A DNA stretch of 64,000 bases from positions 1 to 64,000 of the IMG/VR virus record IMGVR_UViG_3300037477_000009, one strand, 5' to 3'. Position 1 is the stretch's first letter. Every line of letters begins with the position of its first letter. Below are positions 28,801-36,800 of the stretch, piece after piece. The DNA comes from a virus. Lineage: Duplodnaviria; Caudoviricetes. The notes beneath the pieces are model-generated. The model did no database searches. It was given only the letters and a program-made list of their open reading frames with translations, and had not been told where the DNA came from. Position numbers and translations under genes: made by a program.

Positions 28801-30161
28801 TGTGCTGCTTGCAATCTATACTTCGCATTATACTTTGTATTGATCTCATTTTGTTTGTGCAAGAGTTGATTGTTCAGTGCATCGAGTTGAGCATTTGTAT
28901 TTTTATACAACGCTTCCGCTTGCTCTTTACTCGTTACAAGTTTTGCCGCTTGCTGGTAATCTGATTTTATTTTACTGGCCGTATCGGTTAATGTTTGATG
29001 AAATGCTGTGCCTTCCGCATTCGCTTGCTTGGCGAGTTCAGTAGATACAACATTGGCTTTTATTACCGCCTTCTGTCTTATTTCCTCACCTTCTTTAAAT
29101 CCTGCATTGTACTCCGCATCACGCTCTTCTTCCATCGTCTTTCCATAGGTCTTAGTGTATATCTCATCAAATTTTTTATTAACCTCTGGCTGAATAATTT
29201 TAAACGCAACTGTTGCCATTGCTTCATTATACAGAAGTGTCTTATATGTTCCTTCATCACTCAGTCCATATTTCTTGGCTTGCGCTTTTGCGTATTCACT
29301 TATCTTGAATTCATCAGGCACTCTATGAACTCCTTCTGCGATCCTTGTATACGCATTGAAATATTCTCCAATCGGCTCAAGGTCTTTTTTCACTGTTTCG
29401 TGAACAGCCTCTCTTGCATCATCTGCCTTCTTTACTTTCGCAGCATCCTTCGCTACTCGTTCAGCCTTACGTCTCTGCTGCTCCTGTATGTATGCGTTCC
29501 TGTCAACCTTGATTGAACTTCCAAAACCTGCGCCTCCATCCGGAGGTAAATTTGTCTCTCCTTTGGAAACAGAAATATATTTATCAGTTTGTTTCTGCGC
29601 CCATTTTATATTGCGATCATAATCGATCACACCCTGTTCACCGCTAGTTATATTTCCATCTACATCACGCTCCGGTGTGAGTCCTTCCATCTGCGCTTTC
29701 TCATACTGCGCTGGCTTAAGATCAATTTCTTCTTTTGGTTGCACTACTGGTTTGGTAGGCATACTCACCATCTTACCTGATGGAGATGGTTGCTGCTTAC
29801 CCGAAAGAATAGTAGTCATATAATCATGCTCAAACGGATCAGTTGTTGTTGCCAACTGTGGTTGCGCAACTTGTGCAGGTGCTTTTGTTTTTTGCGCTGG
29901 CACTACTGCTGGTGTTGCTATTGGTGGCTGTGTCTCGGCAGGTGGTTTTGGTGTGACATTGTTATTCATCCAATCCTTCCCCATCTTTCTTTCAACAGCA
30001 CGATCAAGAGTATATCCCTGATCGCTCACCAGTGCATTCACAACTTTCAATCGCTTCAATGCTTCGCCATCGCCTTTGAGTTGTGTATACTTTTTTAGCA
30101 GCACACCATCATCTGCGCCTTTATTCATCTCTGCCAACAATTTTTCTAACCAGTCATTCAT
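16893..30161 (-). CDS. Large polyvalent virion/ejected protein (4422 aa) with two zincin peptidases, ART-like, GNAT and ExQSDW modules
   Basis: HEGAH at 25467-25481, HEFRH at 23481-23495, YHET...GLQP at 22941-22997, RGTGVG/FYKRFGF at 22330-22475, EEVQSDW at 21501-21521. Located after two ejection-type genes. Confidence 0.85.
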   Translation of the reverse strand: MNDWLEKLLAEMNKGADDGVLLKKYTQLKGDGEALKRLKVVNALVSDQGYTLDRAVERKMGKDWMNNNVTPKPPAETQPPIATPAVVPAQKTKAPAQVAQPQLATTTDPFEHDYMTTILSGKQQPSPSGKMVSMPTKPVVQPKEEIDLKPAQYEKAQMEGLTPERDVDGNITSGEQGVIDYDRNIKWAQKQTDKYISVSKGETNLPPDGGAGFGSSIKVDRNAYIQEQQRRKAERVAKDAAKVKKADDAREAVHETVKKDLEPIGEYFNAYTRIAEGVHRVPDEFKISEYAKAQAKKYGLSDEGTYKTLLYNEAMATVAFKIIQPEVNKKFDEIYTKTYGKTMEEERDAEYNAGFKEGEEIRQKAVIKANVVSTELAKQANAEGTAFHQTLTDTASKIKSDYQQAAKLVTSKEQAEALYKNTNAQLDALNNQLLHKQNEINTKYNAKYRLQAAQIEKVGRAELAEAQKKYKFQPSPELQAKIQKVYGQALKDVDTGGKDFRDALDSVAYNPSLNLFRQTAKSMAGVVRSWSSNLNFDTGVVAADYFANSIQTGRTELNSWRDYLDLNKLAKATGNIAGFMLPSMAATAAVTFATGGMGAPAALTAVAGGLTAWMVETGDMAVRMRDDIFAESGGDALKANRAGKRTFDSQVNLMWAYMLEGAPFLKAEQIANISARAARLTTGSLGKRLFWGGIEELVGEFPQEFHQDVFEQAIRNDQPYQEGYKLMTWDRAEHTLMNIAPMFLMGSGGHLMTHMREEAETEKQVKTFMLKNDFKNVAPGQRDQFVFDIMQRRGKSFAEAYVAHLFGGGVINQEEAESMAATLKHSEQLITNGKKYGLTPGQQKVYASMAFQKQDALRQAAAQTDPGLKQAAEEKAKEIGDNMVKFVKEGKGDYVVLTYPSGEQYVLSVSESEAALQNPKFLDEYKKGNFQLHTFGKRGKSQEILEQTDKELKEARAARKAAREKGSEVITRLPMPIPNKDEKEQGVTPEMLAAKRDKELQDAFDFDSYYEDLNSDSKWKVKQAQEFLANPKKFFENNVKFAKETLLHDPGNEMAKQALANSEAKLEKWNEINSKYPAPKTQAAPAQQATAPGAKTKVGQVWYDPTHKVSDTTQGVVDRVNNAEYINEHELKAAENELYDALEKNPNAAHLIEPLIEKIQNYEFTTTTKTGKVTEKVPTGRTNKTKIKVEPALQQATGSRVTVTLPNGTKATGVLKVEDGHYFVIDGKGNKVAAVGEKAINDRDLKLPDGDESPVTLDENGNVKSVTVQTRDGKLITIENPELALDLAIKMHVDAMGEIADGAFNEVYDEVEREVEMEVPNPIVEKPAPATETEKEKESEKETEKEKAPETEKETEKETEKKPEPQKEKDKETEKESESGKVKEISPAQIRSEILQKPTLKEALAEAETYADTDPSGKMTIEEAEKEIREKWQKPETETEKESAPMAGDEWLKPPGTNKTQPSVTFSGKDIAKLRKAAEKHGGVFGGFLDGVASIIKAWSKRMPNLTVTAHYSQASYTDGVVNQADGTKEESLSQGFYISKDGTNQIHINLTKATSETIFHEGAHPLLTALTKDSPEIIKGMYEDVVKMLDDVPGIEEAIRHGLKYEDQGEAKVHEETVVQFLALVGNREINLDKLSKSTVNKIKDLINRIIGMTGLKFRLPTNIEFSENDGIYEIAQKFSDAIHNGRQIAFAPALLGSNGKPRGKFSIDNVHDPAHGLTYELAKDSEEFAQLKKDGFVTEDKTLSNFASKTAVLTMPDHAFTGRLLKNGEVLMEGSGGIFYVIKFHPEGNFWAATTESAAAQFANLLNAQMKLSKKRGESENGTVRMALVSATTHKVLNSSAGSTGMLRILTSKAFDEKMHLSEKQVVTSISRALNQLRDDRKAAGKRLAEAGDKKYDGRTSDEGLVKAIKEPKNLPVIPASTPLEEMHTIMESWYDLNVSTFPERTEVNDYIFDQIAEAVTDEEAALQMVAFFEEVGDTKLKSGGLSATKLREGFAAVLNEPLLRNTESQQVYAVLELDSPVEHIKIPGQHDSYEWVIRGTDKNAKVRLHILQDRLNWKAHTVDLETNEIVKRKDFMKVFPTISNSKVIRFADHIDSDAKYEGQEEDDAKKEAKMTKKEKEAKAKFSLSSKPATLKQLGVKEGDTATDFIDKLIAHDGEYTDMLKMIKADPNFNIIRLDAYADLEKVPGGEYGGLYHPLGGKKGGLLQVQDIGDSYYNGMHEFRHFLTIDSAAAEKAKGTTAYNALQDMYEYIAAKKGKPGFLHRSDLNQGLDNFSEFMAELNINPKFREYASDVFADNLDDIRKTSKAIRDSKATSFVDLMRDLFNAMFGWLSKQKESGVEYDKSKPIIENAAKLAAELFSSTQQAKPKFSKGDQAAMEKAGDYLYHETQKEHIGSITETGLQPTSLGQSLVDDEGMISSMVIGRDGEYVDVTELSEDELNELGIPIEDVSGRTYVMSEEPKSSKYGDVLLRFPSSEVSGTEADVDDFIRETINPAKIEIKTSEGWKPLVESKGKYSKGESPSEFSKSLEAEHGIIVDLIGSLDKGDLTLSRIEVPKSDRGTGVGTAAMQDITEYADENNKRIVATPSTDFGGTSVARLTEFYKRFGFVENKGKNKDFSTKESMYREPVSQAKFSKGEAAPGKSIMADVVNGFYSPLEQTLLESKVDKQPVKHWMEKLGNKEEAKWTGLTAWLSAQQGSVTRDEIRKFLKENPITIKEKELSDLEMPSVQNEREALAAFDAGFTLIDDDGDAINSRLQIETGAINYPASINDTDTNTHYSQYQLPGEKEDYKEILVTLPVKPSLTNEEGTRMQDLLNIPTTRRTVAEDKELKALMEKEEEGDKLQYRPPHFRGEPNLVLHLRMSTRTDANGKKILFLEEVQSDWAQSGRKEGFLKPKVKKTAEEKAAINEKIEELWKAERKAEGVVNKMMREIRETGKVTNIASELKAGNKELQVAHDKMYQTRDRRLAFVNQLREDEKPTSQIVPAPYVTETSHWVKLALKIALKEAVKQGVDKLAWTTGTQQFNRWGSEEIHWNTRMKPKGYKIKVKEGVEAPRSARGTRHRDLGWYDREVTESDIKRIAAEWKIKPEDIEVSPAPGEWTVAINEQTDADAFEGNEDALRTNRLEEEGIRITTRDELFEAVDRNLSRSHNTDELNKLTDRIWKRMQTEDEGTSLPRKEGMEGFYGVPAEGKPGMLGGAASKLVGQETGTTEIQLGGKLNVYETAPDGYGRNWVIAKMNGQVQGRFKSKAEAMDAMRTVYNNNSRQHSINITADVIAQVQSGQAKFSKGGGVRDAVLQQKLNDIRAKVKGQLQGTGASNAKKVDAVKEEIHKEITAMLKDAEDRKVFTGVVKANLLKTVVSKLNDVRSPYSMLKYTDYLEKVLDDVEYDKHLQGANAYKKKIRSTIKNRKDRNSATTNQVIQDFLRISPSNVEDIYQYNDLAARILGVAEGVKVSRSGVKNPFLNISLAEITNYTNEQLKIADKAAAARLADMYADLVTAGKINPTLMSAAEMQKVIDSLEKGTDAEIKQAQEDLEDDWFNKMNALRSVAEYAQMGVQEYSNSNPDLTKEEQEIMNRYLRMDLEKLSATELAKVIDAMNNIAVNENFVGSGELSIISSVNDAIKETQKHWKDNKVSFGDLSGRFLRNVKHFASTQLIHEFITRSSKAAAFFQRMSGVFDINSGHAKSKVLTINTVKEYEKLKKGMKNADSAMNRYRRGVYADVMNNFGGTEEEVLAEFERRKGWIEESAKRLRESEPQFKKDILEGIVLQRVVDTLFKDAKTPADVTANMKRIEPHNIKLVEFWQNAFMKRKHLVQENTELYNNRIWENVENYTATSLKGYNGEKGVEENRDRDDFAAAYMSKGVRSQPAGTKIAKVRLQNLPKGNVLNLDFDNVQSKLFYETNYDVETSKAIVHFKKFIANPEVADLFGGRYNRNVVLDGVKKMVQLQRGRMPMVDEQGSSIAKTLNAAQAKATRMSLGSVLQWIWQYVSVGAGTQFNMGTDVGLFYKALLMSNKLELFDQFGIGLRGGTEAGYKRKVDTGEIDRSVLAGNAMSVYKAAIRLGEKMHDATMKSLVKADVSIARTSWLAYYMQSLKKQGVNLDTVNWQTEHLNANQEAAAYAEQMVSRSQNVNDSSNLGSILRDSGNGWKKIMTNIMLPFSSFNVNMRVRMTNDMQKILHWEHPKEAALSLAATVAEQLTFNGIKIFVTGWLSTLAANAVAKMLGYKDEDDDDDEVTITIAGKEVKTTKKMKKWMSSTFSDFFFGGMGTLTQTGFQEGMNAIYGLIATEQYASGTIKEFPNLYFSPKLSDKDVWDDAGLYAILPNKIVDVLSNGRMITTGKIDEVTKGGLHPETERVELTDEEKHMHQLIFWIDTLGWFGVGDSYINQFNNKLKIIAHEKDLKKHGGDEFTITTKAER

Positions 30162-30172
30162 GTGATCCGTTT

Positions 30173-31924
30173 TTAATCTTCATAATGATTTTGAAGCATT
30201 GTGTCAAACTGCTCCTGGCTTATTACGAAATCATCTTTGCGTTTTCCTTCCGATGTATAATGAACTTTATATTTTCCGTTTTTCAAATGCTCGACAAGAT
30301 TCACTTGCACCTTCGTCATCTTCGGACTCTTTTCTGTTCCTATGTTCAATCCGAAATAATCATCCATGTATGGTTGCAGTTGCGCTACCTTACCTGTCTT
30401 TTTAAAATCGTCATACGCATCTTCATATGCGATCCGGTAACCTTCAGACTTCGCCTCTGGATTCTCACCAGGAAACATCTCCTGGTATAATTCATTAAAC
30501 ACTTCCATTGGCATACCATTGGCCGTTACTCTTTTTGCAAGCCAGTCATAACGCTTCTCTGGCTTGATCATAACTTTTTTATCTCCGGCATTCTCCTGGT
30601 AATACATCTGTTTATTGTTTTTATTTATGTATACTCCATGAAGTGCCTGTGTGGATGCGCCACCTTTCTCACCCTGCTCTTTCATTGACATCATATTACC
30701 ACCAGGAAAATATTGATCAATCTTCGCAAACCCATCTTTGTCGTATGCAGAAGCAGGTGGCTCTAATTTTCCTGATCCGTATTGCATGAATGCATAACCA
30801 GCAGTGGCTTTTGCTTTTTTCAACATCGATGCTTTCTCTTTTTCTTCAGGCGAGTTTACAGTTACATGAATACCTGGTGTGGCTTGCAGACTTGTATCAA
30901 CTACTCTCGCAACTTTACTACCAACTGCTTTTTTCTCCAGCAGATCGAGTGCCACAGCCTTCATCTTCTGTTGACCTTCTGCTGTGGATTCATCAATTGG
31001 CTTTCCACCATTCCTTATTCTTGTTTCAACGATCAGTGCGGCTTTGGTGCGTGGATCAGAGAAGTATTGATTGTACGCTTCATCACTAACTGTTTTAACT
31101 GTTTTGGTCTTATCAGTTAAATCTTCTTCCTCCTGAAACTTGAATCGCAACTTCGGTGACATATTACCACGATCATCTTTATCAAAATAAGTTTCCTGCC
31201 CAAGCAACATATCTACCGAATACTGCTCCTTCCTTCTCTTCATTTGCTTTCCCTTCACATCGTAATCCGCATATGAATCGACAACCTTGTTTGTTAATTT
31301 TTGTTTCGCCATGTAATCCTCCAGGTCTTTATGAACTACCTGTAAATCCTTACCCATCTTCACAAAGCGTTCAGGATTTTTGGCGATCACCTCATACACA
31401 CTCATTGGTTTTATATCATCAGGATTTCTCATTGAATGAGTTCCTTTCTCTTCATCGTAATTCTCAAATGATCCACGATACATTGCCCTCTTCACCTTAT
31501 CCATGTCCAGGCTCTCTGATCCACCGAATGCTTTCAAATCTTCATCAATCACTTTCACTGCATTCTTTGTTATGTTTGAATACTTACCGATCTCCATCAT
31601 ACCAGGTCTTACCCTGCTTTGTATTTCTGCTGTTGAGTATCCTGCTTTTTTCATTGCAGCAGCAGACTGAACAATTCCCTGCAAACCCAAATCGATTTGC
31701 TGATCCTGTCCTGCTATACCTGTATACAGTTTACTTGGATCACTTATCTTATCCATGAAGTCCTCATACTGCGCACGATCCTTACGTTGCAGATCAGCTT
31801 GCTCTAATGCCATCTGTCTTGCCATCAGTTCTTTCTTCTCATTCTTTGCAGCACCTTGTTGCCATATCTGCAATGAAGTAGTATCCTGCGGAAGTACACC
31901 TGGTGCTGTTGATTGTCCTGGCAT
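30173..31924 (-). CDS. Putative internal virion (ejection) protein
   Basis: 583-aa charged helical ORF between the pilot-like gene and the giant protein. Confidence 0.55.
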   Translation of the reverse strand: MPGQSTAPGVLPQDTTSLQIWQQGAAKNEKKELMARQMALEQADLQRKDRAQYEDFMDKISDPSKLYTGIAGQDQQIDLGLQGIVQSAAAMKKAGYSTAEIQSRVRPGMMEIGKYSNITKNAVKVIDEDLKAFGGSESLDMDKVKRAMYRGSFENYDEEKGTHSMRNPDDIKPMSVYEVIAKNPERFVKMGKDLQVVHKDLEDYMAKQKLTNKVVDSYADYDVKGKQMKRRKEQYSVDMLLGQETYFDKDDRGNMSPKLRFKFQEEEDLTDKTKTVKTVSDEAYNQYFSDPRTKAALIVETRIRNGGKPIDESTAEGQQKMKAVALDLLEKKAVGSKVARVVDTSLQATPGIHVTVNSPEEKEKASMLKKAKATAGYAFMQYGSGKLEPPASAYDKDGFAKIDQYFPGGNMMSMKEQGEKGGASTQALHGVYINKNNKQMYYQENAGDKKVMIKPEKRYDWLAKRVTANGMPMEVFNELYQEMFPGENPEAKSEGYRIAYEDAYDDFKKTGKVAQLQPYMDDYFGLNIGTEKSPKMTKVQVNLVEHLKNGKYKVHYTSEGKRKDDFVISQEQFDTMLQNHYED

Positions 31925-31933
31925 TTTATCTTA

Positions 31934-32746
31934 TTAGTTTATTGGAGGTATTTGGAAAAAATTTTGATATGGATTTATCGGTCTTACACCACCGAAATTG
32001 AATCCACTTGTGTTTGGCCTGTTGCCCATTCCTGGTTGCACACCTGTAAATGGTTGTTGTCCTCCATTCCAAAAAGTAGGTCGTGTCCAATTACCCTGCG
32101 CTGTTTCTACAGGATTTCTATCAACAATATCAGATGGTAATCCTTTAGGCTTTCCCTTCATCATATCACCCATATCACCGAATGCACCAGTGCCAATCAT
32201 TGCACCAATGTTTGAGATTGTATTAAAACCCATCTGCTTGTTCTGCATCGCTGATTGAAGTAGTGCTTGCTTTGCAGCGTTCTCCCTCTCATGCACATAC
32301 CTCTTATCAGCAAACACTTTATTTTCTTCACCTGTCATTCTACCAAGTGCATTGCTGAGTCCACTGAGCATTCCTGTTTTCTGTTGACCAAACTGCCCCA
32401 TCAGGTTTAAGTAGGATTGGCTTTCCTGGCCTTGTATCAAACCACCCATCTTCATTCTGGCAGATGCACTTGTTGTATTCATCGAAGCATTGCGCCTCAT
32501 AGTGTCTGCTTGATTTTGCAAGCCTTGCATTGCAATTGCCTGGCCAGGCATCATACCTGTGTTGTATGCATTGCGCATCTCCTGCAAGTTTTGTTGCTCG
32601 TATGGAGATACAGTAGCATTAACATCTTCCGGTACAAAATATTTTTCTCCTTCTTTTTTTTGTTGCTTGGCAACCTTAAACTGATTCCACAATGCAGGTA
32701 CTTGCATTGCTAAACCAACTCCTGCACTCACTGGATCAAATGGCAT
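31934..32746 (-). CDS. Putative pilot/ejection protein
   Basis: Q/M/N/G/A-rich; hydrophobic N-terminus MPFDPVSAGVGLAMQV, like P22 gp7-type proteins. Confidence 0.55.
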   Translation of the reverse strand: MPFDPVSAGVGLAMQVPALWNQFKVAKQQKKEGEKYFVPEDVNATVSPYEQQNLQEMRNAYNTGMMPGQAIAMQGLQNQADTMRRNASMNTTSASARMKMGGLIQGQESQSYLNLMGQFGQQKTGMLSGLSNALGRMTGEENKVFADKRYVHERENAAKQALLQSAMQNKQMGFNTISNIGAMIGTGAFGDMGDMMKGKPKGLPSDIVDRNPVETAQGNWTRPTFWNGGQQPFTGVQPGMGNRPNTSGFNFGGVRPINPYQNFFQIPPIN

Positions 32747-32751
32747 AGTAT

Positions 32752-33366
32752 TTAATTTAAATGTCCTGAACTAATATTATAAGTCACATTGGCAAACCTT
32801 ACATATGTAAGAGTCTGCCTTCTGAATTCCATCATTACCCTTAATGCTGCTGTACGCATACGATCACCTTTGATCATCTTCTCATCTGCTGATCCCGTTA
32901 CGTTTGGTGAAAGGCGATCTCTGAGGAAGCCAGCGTAATACTGTCCTTCACGACTAACATAATCACCTGTTACAAGATCACTGCTCTGCTCATAAGGAAC
33001 TTCTGATCTCAGGTGCGTGAACACTGGTGAATCGCTTCCTTCAATCGATGCTGATAAATAAATTTTCACCTTACTTGGATTTGCATTTGATGCAAACATT
33101 ATTCTTGCAGGATAAGGCACTCCATAGAAAGTTGAGAATACTGTATTGCTATTATGCTGAAATATTCCACCTGCTCTCAGGCTGAATAATTCAGTACCGC
33201 TTCCAATAAGATAATCAGGTGTGAAAGTGTATGAGCCTACCCATCTCTCTGCGCTGATCTTGTATACAAGCACCTTCCCCGTATTATCCAGTATGTCGTA
33301 TGGATAGACGTAAGTGTAATTAGTCTTACCTCCTGTGAACTGCGTTACTGTTGCGGTCATTGACAT
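32752..33366 (-). CDS. Probable C-terminal part of the tail nozzle/stabilisation protein
   Basis: RWVGSYTFTPD...GGIFQHNS...FYGV...NPSKVKIY...SREGQYYA...GDRMR resembles the nozzle C-terminal region as I recall it; needs HMM confirmation. Confidence 0.55.
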   Translation of the reverse strand: MSMTATVTQFTGGKTNYTYVYPYDILDNTGKVLVYKISAERWVGSYTFTPDYLIGSGTELFSLRAGGIFQHNSNTVFSTFYGVPYPARIMFASNANPSKVKIYLSASIEGSDSPVFTHLRSEVPYEQSSDLVTGDYVSREGQYYAGFLRDRLSPNVTGSADEKMIKGDRMRTAALRVMMEFRRQTLTYVRFANVTYNISSGHLN

Positions 33367-33848
33367 TATGGATAAATTAAGATGTTTAGAAAATAAAAGT
33401 TTGGCAGACTTGCAAACACATTACTGTTAGGATTAACACACAACACATTTATTTGATCTGAGGCGGTAATTCTCGTATGGACTATATAGTATGAACCTAC
33501 TCCTGAGATGATCGATTGCGAAAGAAAATTGGCCTTTCCTGCAACGAATATGTTTGTAGACACTCGTATATTAAGTCCTGTATCTACTCCAGATGACAAC
33601 ATCGAAACTATAGTAAGACCAGGAAAATCGTTTTCCATGATCGTACCTGAATAAGTGACGAGGTTGTTGTCAACCCTGATCACCAATCTTTTTGCAGTGC
33701 TGATGGGAAGTCCTAAGAGTATCAAGTCTTTTAATGTTTGCAATGTATTCTTCCCCTGCTCCGAAGCACCAACATTATCCTGACTGCCGAACACATCAGT
33801 CAGTCCAAGCGTTCTTGTTGTTAATTGAAAAAGTTGTCTATCTGCCAT
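33366..33848 (-). CDS. Hypothetical tail-associated protein (160 aa)
   Basis: Translationally coupled (1-bp overlaps) between the two nozzle parts. Confidence 0.6.
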   Translation of the reverse strand: MADRQLFQLTTRTLGLTDVFGSQDNVGASEQGKNTLQTLKDLILLGLPISTAKRLVIRVDNNLVTYSGTIMENDFPGLTIVSMLSSGVDTGLNIRVSTNIFVAGKANFLSQSIISGVGSYYIVHTRITASDQINVLCVNPNSNVFASLPNFYFLNILIYP

Positions 33849-36800
33849 TATATTTTTATTTTATCAACACTATTAACTAATACTTTTTCGGTTGTATTGA
33901 TCAGTAAAAAGTTTGTTGCTGCTGGTGGCGGTAATGGACAAAGAGTGGTATCAGGTGCATTCGGCACAAAATCACTTCCAGGAGTATTGAGTTCTGTATA
34001 GCCACTTGGTACACTATCCAATACTCTTTCCCTGCTGACATATCGTTTCATTCCTGTGTTGTCACCACTGCCATCTTTCACGCACACTGGATTGACACCT
34101 CTCCAGGTTACTACAACAACACTGATAGGAGTTATCTGCACACTTAACCTGCTGCCGATATTCATTATCTCACCAAGATTTGGTCTTGCTTTTATTGATA
34201 TCACTCCAGCAGTGTTTGTAACTACATACCCGTAGTTGTTCAGTGCTAAAACATTTTTTACTGATGTGGCGAGTATTGTTACATCAGTGTCGGTTGCTTG
34301 CTTTACATAATAACCAAGAGAAAGTTTTCCGTATAAAGGATCAACAACAAAGACTTCTATCTTATCACCATTATCACCAACATTGGTGATTGTTACTTGT
34401 CCAATTGCATCAACATAAGAAAGCGGATAATCGTTGAGATATCCCTTTGGTGGCACTCCGAGTTTTGGTATTGCCCACAATACTTCGTTGTGATGCGGAT
34501 CAACACCACCAAATATGAATGGCCTGTTACCGAGCGTTTCAATGTCTGCTTGTGTGAGTGACATATAGGTTTCGCCAATCAACTTCGCAACTCTTTTCAT
34601 TTTGTAATCACTGATCGGGAATAATCCGTTTACATCGTAGCGAACAAAACATCCATTGGCTGCATCAAACCAATAAGCCTGGCCACGATGCAGCACAACA
34701 CTCTCTGCGTTCTGTGTACCATATGATCCACGCAGTGCATTTATAGAGCCGATGACTCCTTCGCTCTTCACAAAGAATGCGGTTGATGCGGCATCTGATA
34801 TCTGCGCCTCACCGAGATACATCGTCATCGTCTCTGCCCAACATATAACAAGCATTACAGTTCCATCATCCTGCACTTTGCTTGTTAATAATAATTTTTG
34901 TATTGCACCACTCTCCGGTGACACATCTTCTGTGTCGAGTATTTCAAAACTTGAAAGACCATTGGTCTGTGTGCCGATCACAAACACATTACTGAATGCA
35001 ATCGAATATGGTTTGCGTATTTCTTTCCCTTGTATGTTTGGAAAAACCTTTCCCGTATCATCATGCCATCTCTGCCAGAACTTATCATTGGTACTCATCG
35101 ATTCAGCAAAATAGGTAGCAGGAATAGTAGCACCACTGGCACGTTCCAGTAAATGTGTGTCACCTTGTATAGTTCCGGTAAGTGTATTGTATGATCTTGT
35201 TGCAGTGCCTGGTGTATTCACCTTGTACATCTCACCGATCTCAAAGAAATCTTCCTGATCGCTTCGCTTATACGGAATAAATAACTCAACGATCATCTTG
35301 CTTGTCGGTGCAAATGTTCCGAAGTCATACCACTCGCATAGTATGTGTTTTCCCTGCATACCTACTACGGAAAGATTGACTGGTGGATAGTTCACCATGT
35401 CGCTGTAGTAAACTCTTGCAATATCACCTGGTGAAATCTCCCATCCCATCCCATCCTTTAATAACGATCCAAGATCAATTGCAACATATGTTTTACCTGA
35501 TGCTGATAAAGATGTGTTGTCAATGGTTACTGTGCCATCCTGTGGATTCTTTGTGGCATACCTGCAATCATCAACATATGTCTGTACAAAATATCTTGTT
35601 CGTAAATTTTTTGTCATCACCAGGCCGTAGTAATATGCTTCTGCTGGTATCTCTGCTGGTACTGCACCACCTATTAAATTCCACCTGATCGCACTCTGGA
35701 ATACAGTGCCAGTGAATTTGCGATCCGGTATGATCATTACACCGCCATTAGGTTGTGCCAGTGTGTTTGTCCTGTTGTCTGTGAACATTCCGATCCTTCT
35801 GCGCAGTCGGTCATAGAATCCAATACCAAGTTGTATGCTGCTATTTGTCTTGAATAGTTTTGCATGATCACCGATAACAAGATCAGTTACTGTAGCAGTC
35901 GATGTAGTATCTGTATAGTTATAAAAACTATAACCATCATAACCTGCTGGTATATTGAAACCTGCTGCTGCCGCTTCTGTTGTTCCTGCAAACTGCAATG
36001 CAGAATATGATATGGTAGTCGGCACTGCACCAAGCACTGGCCATTGAGAAGAGCCAACTACTGCACCTGGCAATTGATACCATCCAACATTTGCAACCGT
36101 ATCAAGGTATACCATGTAAGAGGAAGAGAACTTGTCTGCTGCTGCTGGAAAGTTAACATACGAACAATGCCATAAAAATACTTTTACACCAGTGATGGTT
36201 GATGTAAGGTTTGCATCAATGAGTGTAAGCGTAAGCGATGATTTAGTTGGAGTATTAAATCCTTCCAGGTAGTTGGCAAGGAATAATCTTTTTCTTGCAG
36301 TATCAAGTGTCTTACACTTTCTTGGAATATTTTCTTCTGGCTTTGAAAATTCTTCTGACGATACACTGATGCCAGTCTTGTCATTGAAGAACCAGGTGAC
36401 AAGTGGAATGGCTGCTGTATTATGGTTAGTGATTAAAGCCTCCTGATCAGGATCGCTCTTATCCCAAACTTGTATCGCTTGCACTGCCAGCGTATCCATG
36501 TTCTTTACAAGTAGTTCAACCCTGTGTACGGTTTGTGGTATCTTCTCATCCAGGCTCATTGTTACCTTAATCTTTTTAAGATCATCAGGAGTTGTAGGAG
36601 TCAAGTCCTTTGCATTGTAGTTTTCCAGCTTGCTGTATATCCCAAGCACTGAATACTGGTAGTCACGATAAAAATATCTCCATGCAAATTGAAATGCTTG
36701 CTCCTTGATCCCGTTGATCGGATAAGTAGTGTCCAGTTCTTTTACTGTTAGTGGTGCATAGATCGGAGGTCTGCGCAGCAGTGTTATGTCCTCATGTGCA

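Noticed and set aside
16893-30161. Virion RNA polymerase or tape-measure protein
   Set aside because: No DxDxD catalytic motif was seen. The enzyme cassettes and podoviral ring/nozzle context argue against a tape measure.
33310-34440. Group I/II intron interrupting the nozzle gene
   Set aside because: The intervening DNA is fully coding with coupled start/stop overlaps. I recognised no intron core or intron-encoded nuclease/RT. It is kept only as a split-gene finding.
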